From an uncultured Kofleriaceae bacterium (GTDB lineage: Bacteria > Myxococcota_A > Polyangia > Haliangiales > Haliangiaceae), in assembly GCA_964617845.1 (NCBI GenBank), contig CAZUAR010000026.1, positions 42,821-106,820 of the forward strand: a stretch of 64,000 bases of DNA, in the 5' to 3' direction. The notes under the pieces are model-generated. The model did not search any database and was not told the origin of the DNA. It saw nothing but the letters and a program-made list of their open reading frames with translations. Shown here one piece after another: positions 1 through 8,931 of the stretch (the first letter of the stretch is position 1; each line of letters starts with the position of its first letter). The position numbers were made by a program, and so were the translations under genes.

Positions 1-368
1 TCGAATTGCTCGCGAGCCATGACTGGCCCGGCAACGTGCGCGAGCTACGCAATGTCGTCGAGCGCGCGCTCTCGCTCGGCGATGCCGCGCTGCAGGATCT
101 CGGCGAGAGGCGTCCGTCGTCGCCGGCCATGGGCGAAGGAGAACCGCGCCGGCCGAGCACGCCACTGCCGGTGGGCGGCGACGTGCTCGAGCTGCCGTTC
201 AAGGAAGCGAAGGCCGCGCTCGTCGAGAGCTTCGAGCGCGACTACCTGACGGCGCTGCTCGCGCGCCATCGCGGCAACATCTCGCGCGCCGCCGCCGAGG
301 CGGGCATCGATCGCAACTACATCCATCGACTCGTGAAGAAGTACGGGCTCGAGGTCGACCGAGGCTAG
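1..368 (+). CDS. sigma-54-dependent (NtrC/Fis-family) transcriptional activator, C-terminal fragment; gene starts upstream of the window
   Basis: Translation carries the end of the AAA+ sigma54-activation domain (...HDWPGNVRELRNVVERA...) and a C-terminal Fis-type HTH (RNYIHRLVKKYGL). Runs off the 5' end of the window. Confidence 0.7.
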   Translation, partial: ELLASHDWPGNVRELRNVVERALSLGDAALQDLGERRPSSPAMGEGEPRRPSTPLPVGGDVLELPFKEAKAALVESFERDYLTALLARHRGNISRAAAEAGIDRNYIHRLVKKYGLEVDRG

Positions 369-370
369 CG

Positions 371-1564
371 ATGAAGACGGTCGCGCTCGTCATCGCGTGC
401 GGCCTGGTCGCGTGCAAGGACAAGCCGAAGTCCGGGCCGGCGCCGACGCCACCGCCGGCTCCGGCCGATGCGGGCTCGAAGTACCACGTCGAGTCGCACG
501 CCATCCCCGTCGACGCGGCGCCACCGCCGGTCGGCGAGTGGGCCGTGTGCAAGGCCGCGCTCGAGGGCGCCGTGACCGCGCCGCCGACCAAACGCGCGCA
601 GATGATCATCGACGCGTGTCATCCGTGCGGCGAGTGGAAGCCGCTGCTCGACTGGCAGACGCTGCAGGAAGAGGGCGGCCCGAACCGCAAGGTGATCGAG
701 TCGACGCTCGCCGGCTGCAACGCGTGGTGCAACCCGAACGCGAAGGTGCGGTTCATGGGGGCGCTCGACGACGCGCGCGCGAGCAAGACGCGCACGCCGT
801 GGCGCGAGCTCGCGCAGCAGTGCAAGGAGGGCGTCAGCGCGCGCCCCGACGGGCGGTTCTTGAACGCGCCGTACTTCGCGCTCGACCGCATCGCGCGCTG
901 GGCGGCGACCCAACCCGACGGTGCAAAGGCGCTCGAGCCGATCGTGATCCCGCTGCCCGCGGTCACGCAGACCGGCATCGGCGTGAAGCTGCCCGAGAGC
1001 GCGGTGACCAAGCCCGACCTCCTGCCGGTCCAGATCACGGTGACACCGACGATGATAACGGTGGGGCCGATGCCGACCGCGAAGCTCGGCCCGGATGGCG
1101 TGACCCCGCAGGGCGAGCCGTATCCGGGAACGGCGATCGAGTCGACGAAGGCCGCGCCGTTCAAGCTGCGAGACGCCGCCAAGAAGCTCGGCGACAAGGC
1201 GGCGATCTTCGCGGCGCCCGCTCTCCCGGCGACGCGGATCTATCGCGCCGTCGCCGACGCGGGAATGCCGGCGTTCCTCGCGGTCAGCTCGTCGATCGGC
1301 CCGACGGGTTGGCAGCAGCACGGCACGTCGCCGGTCAAGCTCTCGATCTCGAAGCCGAGTCAGTCGGAGATCGCGCTCGTCCTCGATGACACGGGCGATG
1401 CCGCGGTGGCCGAGGTAAAGAAGCTCGGTGCAGACGCGGCGACCAAGCCGATCCGGATCGTGCTCGATGACAAGGCCACCGTCGCGAGCCTCGCGAAGCT
1501 CCTCGGTGCGCTCGCGTACTTCGAGGTGCCCGGCGTGAACCTCGAGGCGAAGGCGAAGAAGTGA
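371..1564 (+). CDS. hypothetical lipoprotein
   Basis: N-terminus MKTVALVIACGLVAC is a lipobox-type signal peptide. 397 aa with no recognisable catalytic motifs. Stop overlaps the glpD start. Confidence 0.55.
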   Translation: MKTVALVIACGLVACKDKPKSGPAPTPPPAPADAGSKYHVESHAIPVDAAPPPVGEWAVCKAALEGAVTAPPTKRAQMIIDACHPCGEWKPLLDWQTLQEEGGPNRKVIESTLAGCNAWCNPNAKVRFMGALDDARASKTRTPWRELAQQCKEGVSARPDGRFLNAPYFALDRIARWAATQPDGAKALEPIVIPLPAVTQTGIGVKLPESAVTKPDLLPVQITVTPTMITVGPMPTAKLGPDGVTPQGEPYPGTAIESTKAAPFKLRDAAKKLGDKAAIFAAPALPATRIYRAVADAGMPAFLAVSSSIGPTGWQQHGTSPVKLSISKPSQSEIALVLDDTGDAAVAEVKKLGADAATKPIRIVLDDKATVASLAKLLGALAYFEVPGVNLEAKAKK

Positions 1565-3246
1565 CAGGGCCCGAGGCCGGAACCGATGAGGCGGGCCGCC
1601 GACCTACGAGTCGGGGGCCCGCGTTCGATATCGTCGTGATCGGCGGCGGCATCACGGGCGCCGGCATCGCGCGCGACGCCGCGCTGCGCGGGCTCAAGGT
1701 CGCGCTGTTCGAGAAGGGCGACTACGCATCGGGCACCTCGTCGAAGTCGAGCAAGCTCGTGCACGGTGGCCTGCGCTACCTCGAGCAAGGCGAGATCGGG
1801 CTCGTGTTCGAGTCCGTCAGCGAGCGTCGCGTGCAGACGCAGGTCGCGCCGCACCTCGTGCGCCCGCTGCCGTTCCTGATCCCGATCTACAAGGGCGCGA
1901 AGCCAGGCCTCGAGCTGATGAACGTCGGCCTGTGGATCTACGACTCGCTGGCGCTGTTCCGCGCGCCGCGCATGCACAAGACGTTTCGCGGCAGCAAGGC
2001 CGCGCTCCAGCTCGAGCCGCAGCTCAAGCCCGAGGGGCTTCGCGGTGCGCTCGAGTACTACGACTGCGCGACCGACGACGCGCGCCTCGTCCTCGAGAAC
2101 GCGATCGACGCGCGGACATTGGGCGCCGATTGCCGCACGTACACCGAGGTCGTGCGCTTCGAGCGCGCCGCGAACGGACGCATCACCGGCGTCCACGTTC
2201 GCGACCGCCTGTCCGACACGACCTCGCTCGTCACCGCGCGCGTCGTGATCCTCGCGGCCGGCGCGTGGACCGACGAGATGATCCGCCGCTTCGAGATCCC
2301 GATGGAGCGGCCGCTGCTCCGCCGCACCAAGGGCGTGCACATCGTGCTGCCGCGCGAGCGCCTGCCGCTCGCACGCGCGATCACGCTGATCTCGCCCGTC
2401 GACGGCCGCGTGATGTTCGCGATCCCGTGGCGCGAGCGCACCGTGCTCGGCACCACCGACACCGACTTTGTCGGCAGCGCCGACGAGGTCGCCGCCGACA
2501 TGGACGACGTCCGCTATCTGTGCGAGTCGGGCAACGGCTACTTCCCCGGCGCGAACCTCACCGTCGACGATGTCATCTCGACGTGGGCCGGGTTGCGCCC
2601 GCTGATCGCCGCGCCGCCGAACGTCGACGAGAGCGAGATCTCCCGCGAGCACGAGGTGTTCTCGCGCAACGACGGGCTCGTCATCATCGCGGGCGGCAAG
2701 CTCACCACGTACCGGCGCATGGCGCGCGAAGCCGTCGACAAGACGATGGAGCTGATGCGCGAGCTCGAGGAGCCGATCGACGTACCGCGCGCCTCGACCA
2801 AGCAACGCCCGCTCCCCGGCGCGGTCGGCCTGACGAACCTCTCGCTCGAAGGCGTCGCCGAGATCGGCCGCAAGCTGATGGACGACAGCGGCCTCGACGT
2901 CGACACCGCCACGCACCTGTGCGGCGTCTACGGCACGCGCGCGCCGTTGATCGCCGCGCGCATGACCGAGCGGCGCGACCTGCGCGAACGCATCGATCGC
3001 GAGCTGCCCTACGTCTGGGCCGAGGTCGAGTTCGCCGCGACGCACGATCTCGCGCGCACCGTCGAGGACGTGCTCGGCCGGCGCGTCCCTCTCCTCCTCG
3101 TCAGCCGCGATCAGGGCCTGTCCGCCGCCGAGCGCACGGCCGACATCCTCGGCGCGATCCACCGCTGGACGCCCGCGCAGCGAACCGCGATGCTCGACGA
3201 GTACCGCGCGGAGGTCGAGCTCAGCCGCCGGTGGCGGCACGAGTGA
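1561..3246 (+). CDS. glpD: FAD-dependent glycerol-3-phosphate dehydrogenase
   Basis: N-terminal FAD-binding fold DIVVIGGGITGAGIARDAALRG; conserved GlpD block SSKSSKLVHGGLRYLEQ; length 561 aa is typical of GlpD. Confidence 0.85.
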   Translation: MTGPEAGTDEAGRRPTSRGPAFDIVVIGGGITGAGIARDAALRGLKVALFEKGDYASGTSSKSSKLVHGGLRYLEQGEIGLVFESVSERRVQTQVAPHLVRPLPFLIPIYKGAKPGLELMNVGLWIYDSLALFRAPRMHKTFRGSKAALQLEPQLKPEGLRGALEYYDCATDDARLVLENAIDARTLGADCRTYTEVVRFERAANGRITGVHVRDRLSDTTSLVTARVVILAAGAWTDEMIRRFEIPMERPLLRRTKGVHIVLPRERLPLARAITLISPVDGRVMFAIPWRERTVLGTTDTDFVGSADEVAADMDDVRYLCESGNGYFPGANLTVDDVISTWAGLRPLIAAPPNVDESEISREHEVFSRNDGLVIIAGGKLTTYRRMAREAVDKTMELMRELEEPIDVPRASTKQRPLPGAVGLTNLSLEGVAEIGRKLMDDSGLDVDTATHLCGVYGTRAPLIAARMTERRDLRERIDRELPYVWAEVEFAATHDLARTVEDVLGRRVPLLLVSRDQGLSAAERTADILGAIHRWTPAQRTAMLDEYRAEVELSRRWRHE

Positions 3247-4244
3247 TGGGCATGACCGGAACTGGAACCATCGTACGCACCATCCCCGTGGGCATCGCCG
3301 AGGCCGCGGTCGCGCTCGGGGCCGACCGCGAGTCCCTCCTCGCGCTCCTCGGCGATCCCGACGACGAACGCATCCCGATCGAGAACCTCTACAAGATCTG
3401 GGAGATCGCCGCGCGCACGGGCCGCGCGACCTCGCTGCCGATCAAGGTCGGCGCCGCGTCGCGCTTCGACAAATACGGCGCGTTCGGCATCGCGGGCTAC
3501 GTCTCGCGCACCAACGAGATCGCGCTCCGCCGCATGTGCCGCTACCACGATCTGCTCACCGACTCCGGCGTGTGGTCGATGCGCACCGAGGGCGACGACC
3601 TCGTCATGACGTGGACGCGCGACGGCGAGCGCACCGTGGGCGTGCGCATGGCGAGCGAGCAGCTCCTCGCGTCGTTCGTCACCGTCGCGCGCCAGATCTC
3701 GACGCCGACCACCGTCCGCGAGGTCCGGCTCCGTCACTCGCTCGCGAAGCTCCCCGCCGCCGAGCTCGCCGATCACCACGCGCACTTCGCCGCGCCGATC
3801 CGCGACAACGCCGCCGAGGACGCCGTCGTCCTGCCGATCTCGTATCTCGCGCAGAAGCCCGATGCGGCCGATCCGTTCGTCGAGCGCTTCATCGTCGAGC
3901 AGCTCGAGAAGGCCGTCGGCAACACGGACAAGGAGTCGTTCGCCTCGCAGGTCGGCCGCATGATCGTCGAGGCGCTGCCCGACGGCGTGCCGTCGATCGT
4001 CGAGATCGCCGCGCGCCTCGACACGAGCGAGCGCACGCTCCGCCGCCGCCTCGCCGACGAGAAGACGTCGTTCGACGAGCTGCTCGCCAACCTGCAGCGC
4101 GAGCGCGCCGAAGCGCTCCTCGCCGGGCCCTACGCGATCCGCGAGATCGCGCTCGCCGTCGGCTTCGCCGATGCCTCCGCCTTCTCGCGCGCCTTCAAGC
4201 GCTGGACGGGCAAGACGCCGACCGAAGCGCGCAACAAGACGTGA
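3246..4244 (+). CDS. AraC-family transcriptional regulator
   Basis: C-terminal AraC-type HTH (IVEIAARLDTSERTLRRRLADEKTSF...IREIALAVGFADASAFSRAFKRWTGKTPTEAR). The start ATG overlaps the glpD stop (TGATG). The upstream part of the long ORF 1932..4244 is antisense/alternate-frame artefact. Confidence 0.8.
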   Translation: MGMTGTGTIVRTIPVGIAEAAVALGADRESLLALLGDPDDERIPIENLYKIWEIAARTGRATSLPIKVGAASRFDKYGAFGIAGYVSRTNEIALRRMCRYHDLLTDSGVWSMRTEGDDLVMTWTRDGERTVGVRMASEQLLASFVTVARQISTPTTVREVRLRHSLAKLPAAELADHHAHFAAPIRDNAAEDAVVLPISYLAQKPDAADPFVERFIVEQLEKAVGNTDKESFASQVGRMIVEALPDGVPSIVEIAARLDTSERTLRRRLADEKTSFDELLANLQRERAEALLAGPYAIREIALAVGFADASAFSRAFKRWTGKTPTEARNKT

Positions 4245-4245
4245 G

Positions 4246-4473
4246 TTAGCCCCGACGGTCGCGACGGAGGCGGCTGAGCTGCGCGCTGGTCGGGCTTCGC
4301 ACGGGGATCAGCGCCAGCGCCAGCGCACCGCCGAGCACGAGGGTCGTGATCGCCACGACGTCGAGGGATCCGGCGCCGAGCGTGGGGACGATGCGGAGCC
4401 CGAAGAGGATGACGACCGCAAGCACCACGACGACGCCGACGCGATCGACATGACGATGTTCGCGAGGTTCCAT
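4246..4473 (-). CDS. small hypothetical membrane protein (75 aa)
   Basis: Two hydrophobic segments (VGVVVVLAVVILFGL..., ITTLVLGGALALALI). Sits between the AraC gene and kup. No homology recognised. Confidence 0.3.
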   Translation of the reverse strand: MEPREHRHVDRVGVVVVLAVVILFGLRIVPTLGAGSLDVVAITTLVLGGALALALIPVRSPTSAQLSRLRRDRRG

Positions 4474-4550
4474 GGTGACCAGGGTAGACGTCGGCGCAGC
4501 AAGAACGCGTAAACGTCAGATCAAGACCTCGGAACAGCTCTATCTGCGCG

Positions 4551-6518
4551 TCACAGCTCGATTTGCAGGCCGAGCTCGACGACCCGGTTCGGCGGCAGGT
4601 TGAAGAACGCGCTCGGCGGGCGCGCATTGCGCGCGAGGAAGGCGAACAGGATCTTGCGCCAGCGCGCGACCTTCACCTTCCCGTTCGTCAGCAGCGTTTG
4701 CCGGCCGAGGTAGTAGGTCGTCGTCATCGCATCCGTGGTGATGCCGTGCCGCTTGCACACGCCGAGGATCTTCGGCACGTCGGGCGTCTGCATGAAGCCG
4801 ACCTGCGCGACGACGCGGAAGAAGCCGTGTCCGAGGTCCTTCACCTCGATGCGCTTGTCGATGTCGACCCACGGCACGTTGCGCGTGTGAATCGAGAACA
4901 GCACGACCTGTGGATGCAGCACCTGGTTGTGCTTGAGGTGGTGCATGAGGACGTTCGGGATACCCGTGGGCGAGGAGGACATGAACACCGCGGTGCCCTT
5001 GACGCGCGGCGGCGAGTTGGCCGCGACGTCGGCGAGGAACAGCTCCTCGGGAATCGTGCCCGTGTCCATGATGTTCGAGAGCTCGATGCGCCCGCGCCAC
5101 CACGTGGTCATCACCACGAACACGCACACGCCGATCGCGAGCGGGAACCAGCCACCGTCGAGGATCTTCGCCGCGTTCGCGCTGAAGAACGCGAGATCGA
5201 TCGCGAGGAACGGGACGAGGAACGCGAGCGCCTTGCCGCGCGACCAGCTCCAGCGATTGCGCGCGACCAGATAGAACAGGTACGAGGTGATGCCCATCGT
5301 CCCCGTGACCGCGATGCCGTACGCCGCGGCGAGCCCCGACGACGTGCGGAACTGCAGCACGAGCGCGATGCAGCCGAGCATGAGCAGCCAGTTCATCTCG
5401 GGGATGTAGATCTGGCCCTCGGTGTCCGCGCTCGTATGCACGACGGTGACGCGCGGCCAGAAGCCGAGCTGCATCGCCTGGCGCGTCAGCGAGAACACGC
5501 CCGAGATCAGCGCCTGCGACGCGATGATCGCGGCCATCGTCGCGAGCACGAGCATCGGGATCAGCAGCGGCCCCTCCACCATCTGATAGAAGGGGTTCGA
5601 GATCGTGCCCGGCGGATGCGACATCATCAGCGCGCCCTGGCCGAAGTAGTTGAGGACGAGGCCCGGCAGCGCCACCACGAACCACGCGAGGCGAATCGGT
5701 CGCTTCCCGAAGTGACCCATGTCCGCGTAGAGCGCCTCGCCGCCCGTGACGACGAGGAACACGAGGCCGACGATCAGGAAGCCGTGAACACCGTGGGTGG
5801 CGAGGAAGTGCACGCCGTGTCGTGGGTCGATGGCGTACAGCACCTCGGGCGTCTGCGCGGTCCAGTAGATGCCGATCGCGCCGATCGCGAGGAACCACAC
5901 CATCATCACCGGACCGAACGCGAAGCCGATCTTGCCCGTACCGTGGCGCTGCACGAGGAACAGCCCGACGAGGATCGCGATCGTGATCGGAACGACCAGG
6001 TGGCTCAGCGCCGGGCTCTGCTCCGACAGACCCTCCATCGCGCCGAGCACGGAGATCGCGGGCGTGATCGCGCCGTCGCCGAACAACAGGCCGGCGCCGA
6101 ACAAGCCGAGCAGCAGCGCGATCGAGAGCCCTCGCTTGGTCTTGCGACCCGAGTCCTCGACGAGCGCCGCGAGCGCGAGGATGCCGCCCTCGCCCTTGTT
6201 GTCGGCCCGCAGCACGAACCCCAGGTACTTCACGCAGACGACGAGGAGGATCGCCCACAGCATCAGCGACAGGACACCGAGCACGTTCGCGGCGAGCGTC
6301 TCCGGGGTCGACACGATCGCGTGCGGCGACGTCGGGAATGCGAGGCACTCCTTCATCGCGTAGAGCGGCGAGGTGCCGATGTCGCCGTAGACGACGCCCA
6401 GCGCGCCCAGCGATGCCAGCATGACCGCCTTGCGGCCGACCGGTGCGTGGTGATGTGCGGTCTCGCTCGTCGCGGACTCGCTACCGGCAGTCGCGGCCGG
6501 TTCGGCAGGAGCTTCCAT
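4551..6518 (-). CDS. kup: KUP/HAK/KT-family potassium uptake transporter
   Basis: 655 aa polytopic membrane protein. N-terminal Kup signature LGALGVVYGDIGTSPLYAMKE, about 12 TM segments and a C-terminal cytoplasmic domain. Confidence 0.9.
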   Translation of the reverse strand: MEAPAEPAATAGSESATSETAHHHAPVGRKAVMLASLGALGVVYGDIGTSPLYAMKECLAFPTSPHAIVSTPETLAANVLGVLSLMLWAILLVVCVKYLGFVLRADNKGEGGILALAALVEDSGRKTKRGLSIALLLGLFGAGLLFGDGAITPAISVLGAMEGLSEQSPALSHLVVPITIAILVGLFLVQRHGTGKIGFAFGPVMMVWFLAIGAIGIYWTAQTPEVLYAIDPRHGVHFLATHGVHGFLIVGLVFLVVTGGEALYADMGHFGKRPIRLAWFVVALPGLVLNYFGQGALMMSHPPGTISNPFYQMVEGPLLIPMLVLATMAAIIASQALISGVFSLTRQAMQLGFWPRVTVVHTSADTEGQIYIPEMNWLLMLGCIALVLQFRTSSGLAAAYGIAVTGTMGITSYLFYLVARNRWSWSRGKALAFLVPFLAIDLAFFSANAAKILDGGWFPLAIGVCVFVVMTTWWRGRIELSNIMDTGTIPEELFLADVAANSPPRVKGTAVFMSSSPTGIPNVLMHHLKHNQVLHPQVVLFSIHTRNVPWVDIDKRIEVKDLGHGFFRVVAQVGFMQTPDVPKILGVCKRHGITTDAMTTTYYLGRQTLLTNGKVKVARWRKILFAFLARNARPPSAFFNLPPNRVVELGLQIEL

Positions 6519-6669
6519 ATGCCCGAGGGGCCTCTCCTCTCGGTTACCACCGCCGGATCAAGGACACATAAAGAGCCGTATCAAGATTCCATCAAGACCG
6601 AGGAACCCGAGCCACGAGCTTGATCTCGCCTTAACGCGAACTTTACGCGAGCGCCGGTACAACGGCGAC

Positions 6670-6897
6670 ATGAGCGACGACGACGATATCGAGCGCGAGG
6701 AGCGAGGAATCTACCTCGTCATCCTCGGTGCCATGATCCCGATCGTCCTCGGGACCTTGTACGCGCACGACGTGTTCGATGCCGGGAGCACGATCAGCCT
6801 CGGGCTGCTCGTACTCGCGGTGTTCGGGCTGTTCAGCCGAGCGATCTTGCGTCGCCCGACGGTTCGTGTACCCGCGGCACGCGCCAAGCTGCGTTGA
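6670..6897 (+). CDS. small hypothetical 2-TM membrane protein upstream of the kdp genes
   Basis: 75 aa with an acidic N-terminus followed by two hydrophobic helices. Weak Shine-Dalgarno sequence. Confidence 0.3.
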   Translation: MSDDDDIEREERGIYLVILGAMIPIVLGTLYAHDVFDAGSTISLGLLVLAVFGLFSRAILRRPTVRVPAARAKLR

Positions 6898-6927
6898 CCG
6901 GTGCGTATACGCGGGCTCGACGCGGTC

Positions 6928-6944
6928 TTGACGCGAGCTTGACG
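6928..6944 (+). promoter_or_regulatory. direct repeat TTGACG-N5-TTGACG (11-bp periodicity) about 40 bp upstream of the first kdp-locus small ORF; candidate OmpR/KdpE-type binding site or -35 element
   Basis: Read directly: cTTGACGcgagcTTGACGaacg. Spacing is consistent with winged-helix response-regulator direct repeats. No functional proof. Confidence 0.25.
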
Positions 6945-6982
6945 AACGACCGTGTATCCAGGTTCTCGCGAAACGAGGACCA

Positions 6983-7066
6983 ATGCTGGACCTGATCTAC
7001 ATCGTCGTCATCGTGGCGCTCCTCGTAGCGTCGCTCTGGATGATCCGTGTCTTCGACCGGATGTGA
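6983..7066 (+). CDS. 27-aa hydrophobic peptide (MLDLIYIVVIVALLVASLWMIRVFDRM), possible kdp-associated small subunit
   Basis: Good SD (GAGGAcca ATG) and a single TM helix. Lies 10 bp upstream of kdpF in the same orientation. Below the ORF-track length cutoff; found by eye. Confidence 0.4.
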   Translation: MLDLIYIVVIVALLVASLWMIRVFDRM

Positions 7067-7075
7067 GGTGATTCC

Positions 7076-7168
7076 ATGACCGCCCTCTACTGGCTCGCCG
7101 GCGTGTTCTCCGTCGGCCTCTTCCTCTACTTGCTGGTGGCGTTGTTCCGCCCGGAGAAGCTCCAATGA
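7076..7168 (+). CDS. kdpF: K+-transporting ATPase small subunit KdpF (30 aa)
   Basis: Translation [30 protein letters not shown] matches the KdpF pattern (hydrophobic helix then ...YLxxALxxPExF-like tail). SD is GAGGTG. Stop overlaps the kdpA start (ATGA). Confidence 0.7.
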   Translation: MTALYWLAGVFSVGLFLYLLVALFRPEKLQ

Positions 7169-8931
7169 CCAGCGCTGGAATCGCTCAGATCGTTGTCTAC
7201 GCCGTGCTGCTCGTCGCGCTCGGCATTCCGCTCGGCGCGTACATGGCTCGCGTCTATACCGGCAAGGCGACGTTCGCGCAGAAGATCCTCGGACCCTTCG
7301 AGCGCGTGCTGTATCGCATCTTCGGGATCGACTCGAACCACGAGATGTCGTGGAAGCACTACGCGTTCGCGGTGATGATGTTCAACACCCTCGGCATCCT
7401 GATCGCGTTCCTGCTGCAACGCCTGCAGGGCTCGTTGCCGGGCAACCCGCTGGACCTCCCCGGCGTGGATCCGCGCGTCGCGTTCAACACGGCGATCAGC
7501 TTCGGCTCGAACACGAACTGGCAGGCGTACGGCGGCGAGACGACGATGAGTCACTTCGTCCAGGCGCTCGGGCTCGGCGTGCAGAACTTCGTGTCCGCCG
7601 CCACCGGCATGGCCGTCCTCGTCGCGATCACGCGCGCGTTCAGGCGCAAGCACGCCGACTCGATCGGCAACTTCTGGGTCGATCTGACGCGCTCGACGAT
7701 CTACATCCTGCTCCCGCTCGCGGTCGTCACCACGGTCGCGCTCGTCGCGACTGGCGTGCCGCAGACGACGCAGGGCTCCGAGACCGTCCAGCTCATGGAC
7801 GCGCAGCCTGGCACCCCGCCGGCCGACGCGGCCGAGGGCACGCCGGTCCCCGATGTCACCGAGCAAGGCATCGCGACCGGCCCGGTCGCGTCGCAGGTCG
7901 CGATCAAGCAGCTCGGTACGAACGGCGGCGGCTTCTACAACGTGAACTCGTCGCACCCGCTCGAGAACCCGTCTCCACTGTCGAACCTGATCCAGTGCCT
8001 GGCCATCCTGCTGATCCCAGCGGCGCTGTGCTTCACGTTCGGGCGCATGGTGAGCTCGCGACGTCAGGGCATCGTCTTGCTCGTGACGATGGCGATCCTC
8101 GTGATCCCCTTCCTCGCGCTCACGCTGCAGCAGGAGCAAGCCGGCAACCCGGCGCTGACCTCGCTCGACGTGGACCAGATCGCCTCGACGATGCAGGCCG
8201 GCGGCAACATGGAGGGCAAGGAGACGCGGTTTGGCATCAGCGCCAGCTCGCTGTGGGCGAACGCGACGACCGCTGCCTCGAACGGCTCCGTCAACTCGAT
8301 GCACGACAGCTACACCCCGCTCGGTGGGCTCTCGCCGATCGTGCTGATGGCGCTGGGCGAGGTCGCGTTCGGCGGCGTCGGGTCGGGACTGTACGGTCTG
8401 CTCATCTTCGCCATCGTGGCCGTCTTCATCGCCGGCCTCATGGTCGGGCGAACGCCCGAGTTCCTCGGGAAGAAGATCGAAGCGTTCGAGATGAAGATGG
8501 CTTCGCTGGCCATCCTCGTGCCGGTCGCCGCCGTGCTCGTCGGGACGGCGCTCGCGTGCATGGTCGACGAGACCTACGCGAAGGCGCTCGCGAACCACGG
8601 ACCGCACGGCTTCTCCGAGGTGCTGTACGCGTTCACGTCCCAGGGCAACAACAACGGCTCTGCCTTCGCGGGCCTGACGGCGAGCGGCACGTTCTTCGCG
8701 ACCGCCGGCGGCATCTGCATGTGGGTGGCGCGCTACTGGATCATCATCCCCACGCTCGCGATCGCGGGCTCGCTCGCGCGCAAGAAGATCGTTCCTCCGT
8801 CGAGCGGGACGCTGCCGACGGATGGCGTCCTGTTCGTCGTGTTGCTCGCCGGCACCGTGCTGCTCGTCGGCGCGCTGTCCTTCGTCCCCGCGCTCGCGCT
8901 GGGACCCATCGTGGAGCACTTGTTCCTATGA
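7165..8931 (+). CDS. kdpA: potassium-transporting ATPase subunit A
   Basis: 588 aa polytopic protein whose N-terminus [31 protein letters not shown] is typical of KdpA. Followed by kdpB and kdpC. Confidence 0.95.
   Translation: MTSAGIAQIVVYAVLLVALGIPLGAYMARVYTGKATFAQKILGPFERVLYRIFGIDSNHEMSWKHYAFAVMMFNTLGILIAFLLQRLQGSLPGNPLDLPGVDPRVAFNTAISFGSNTNWQAYGGETTMSHFVQALGLGVQNFVSAATGMAVLVAITRAFRRKHADSIGNFWVDLTRSTIYILLPLAVVTTVALVATGVPQTTQGSETVQLMDAQPGTPPADAAEGTPVPDVTEQGIATGPVASQVAIKQLGTNGGGFYNVNSSHPLENPSPLSNLIQCLAILLIPAALCFTFGRMVSSRRQGIVLLVTMAILVIPFLALTLQQEQAGNPALTSLDVDQIASTMQAGGNMEGKETRFGISASSLWANATTAASNGSVNSMHDSYTPLGGLSPIVLMALGEVAFGGVGSGLYGLLIFAIVAVFIAGLMVGRTPEFLGKKIEAFEMKMASLAILVPVAAVLVGTALACMVDETYAKALANHGPHGFSEVLYAFTSQGNNNGSAFAGLTASGTFFATAGGICMWVARYWIIIPTLAIAGSLARKKIVPPSSGTLPTDGVLFVVLLAGTVLLVGALSFVPALALGPIVEHLFL

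Noticed and set aside
1360-3240. 626-aa minus ORF and 770-aa + ORF (1932..3245 part) overlapping glpD
   Set aside because: Low-complexity Arg/Ala/Asp-rich translations; glpD is clearly coded in the + frame. Only the 3246..4244 part of ORF 1932..4244 is a real gene (AraC regulator).
4540-6623. 602-aa minus ORF (alternate frame) and 686-aa + ORF antisense to kup
   Set aside because: Arg/Asp/Glu/His-rich artefacts; kup (4551..6518, minus) has clean polytopic-transporter composition.
6519-6669. Possible riboswitch (for example c-di-AMP/ydaO) in the kup 5' leader
   Set aside because: I could not recognise the conserved ydaO core by eye. The region looks like an ordinary AT-richer promoter/SD region (gagaggagagg before the ATG). 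Left as a check (Rfam scan) rather than a call.
7350-8927. 5' part of the long + ORF 7350..11030 (1226 aa) running antisense or alternate-frame through kdpA
   Set aside because: Translation is Arg/Gly/His-rich low complexity, typical of out-of-frame reading in 70% GC DNA. The real kdpB begins at 8928 ([10 protein letters not shown]...) right after kdpA.
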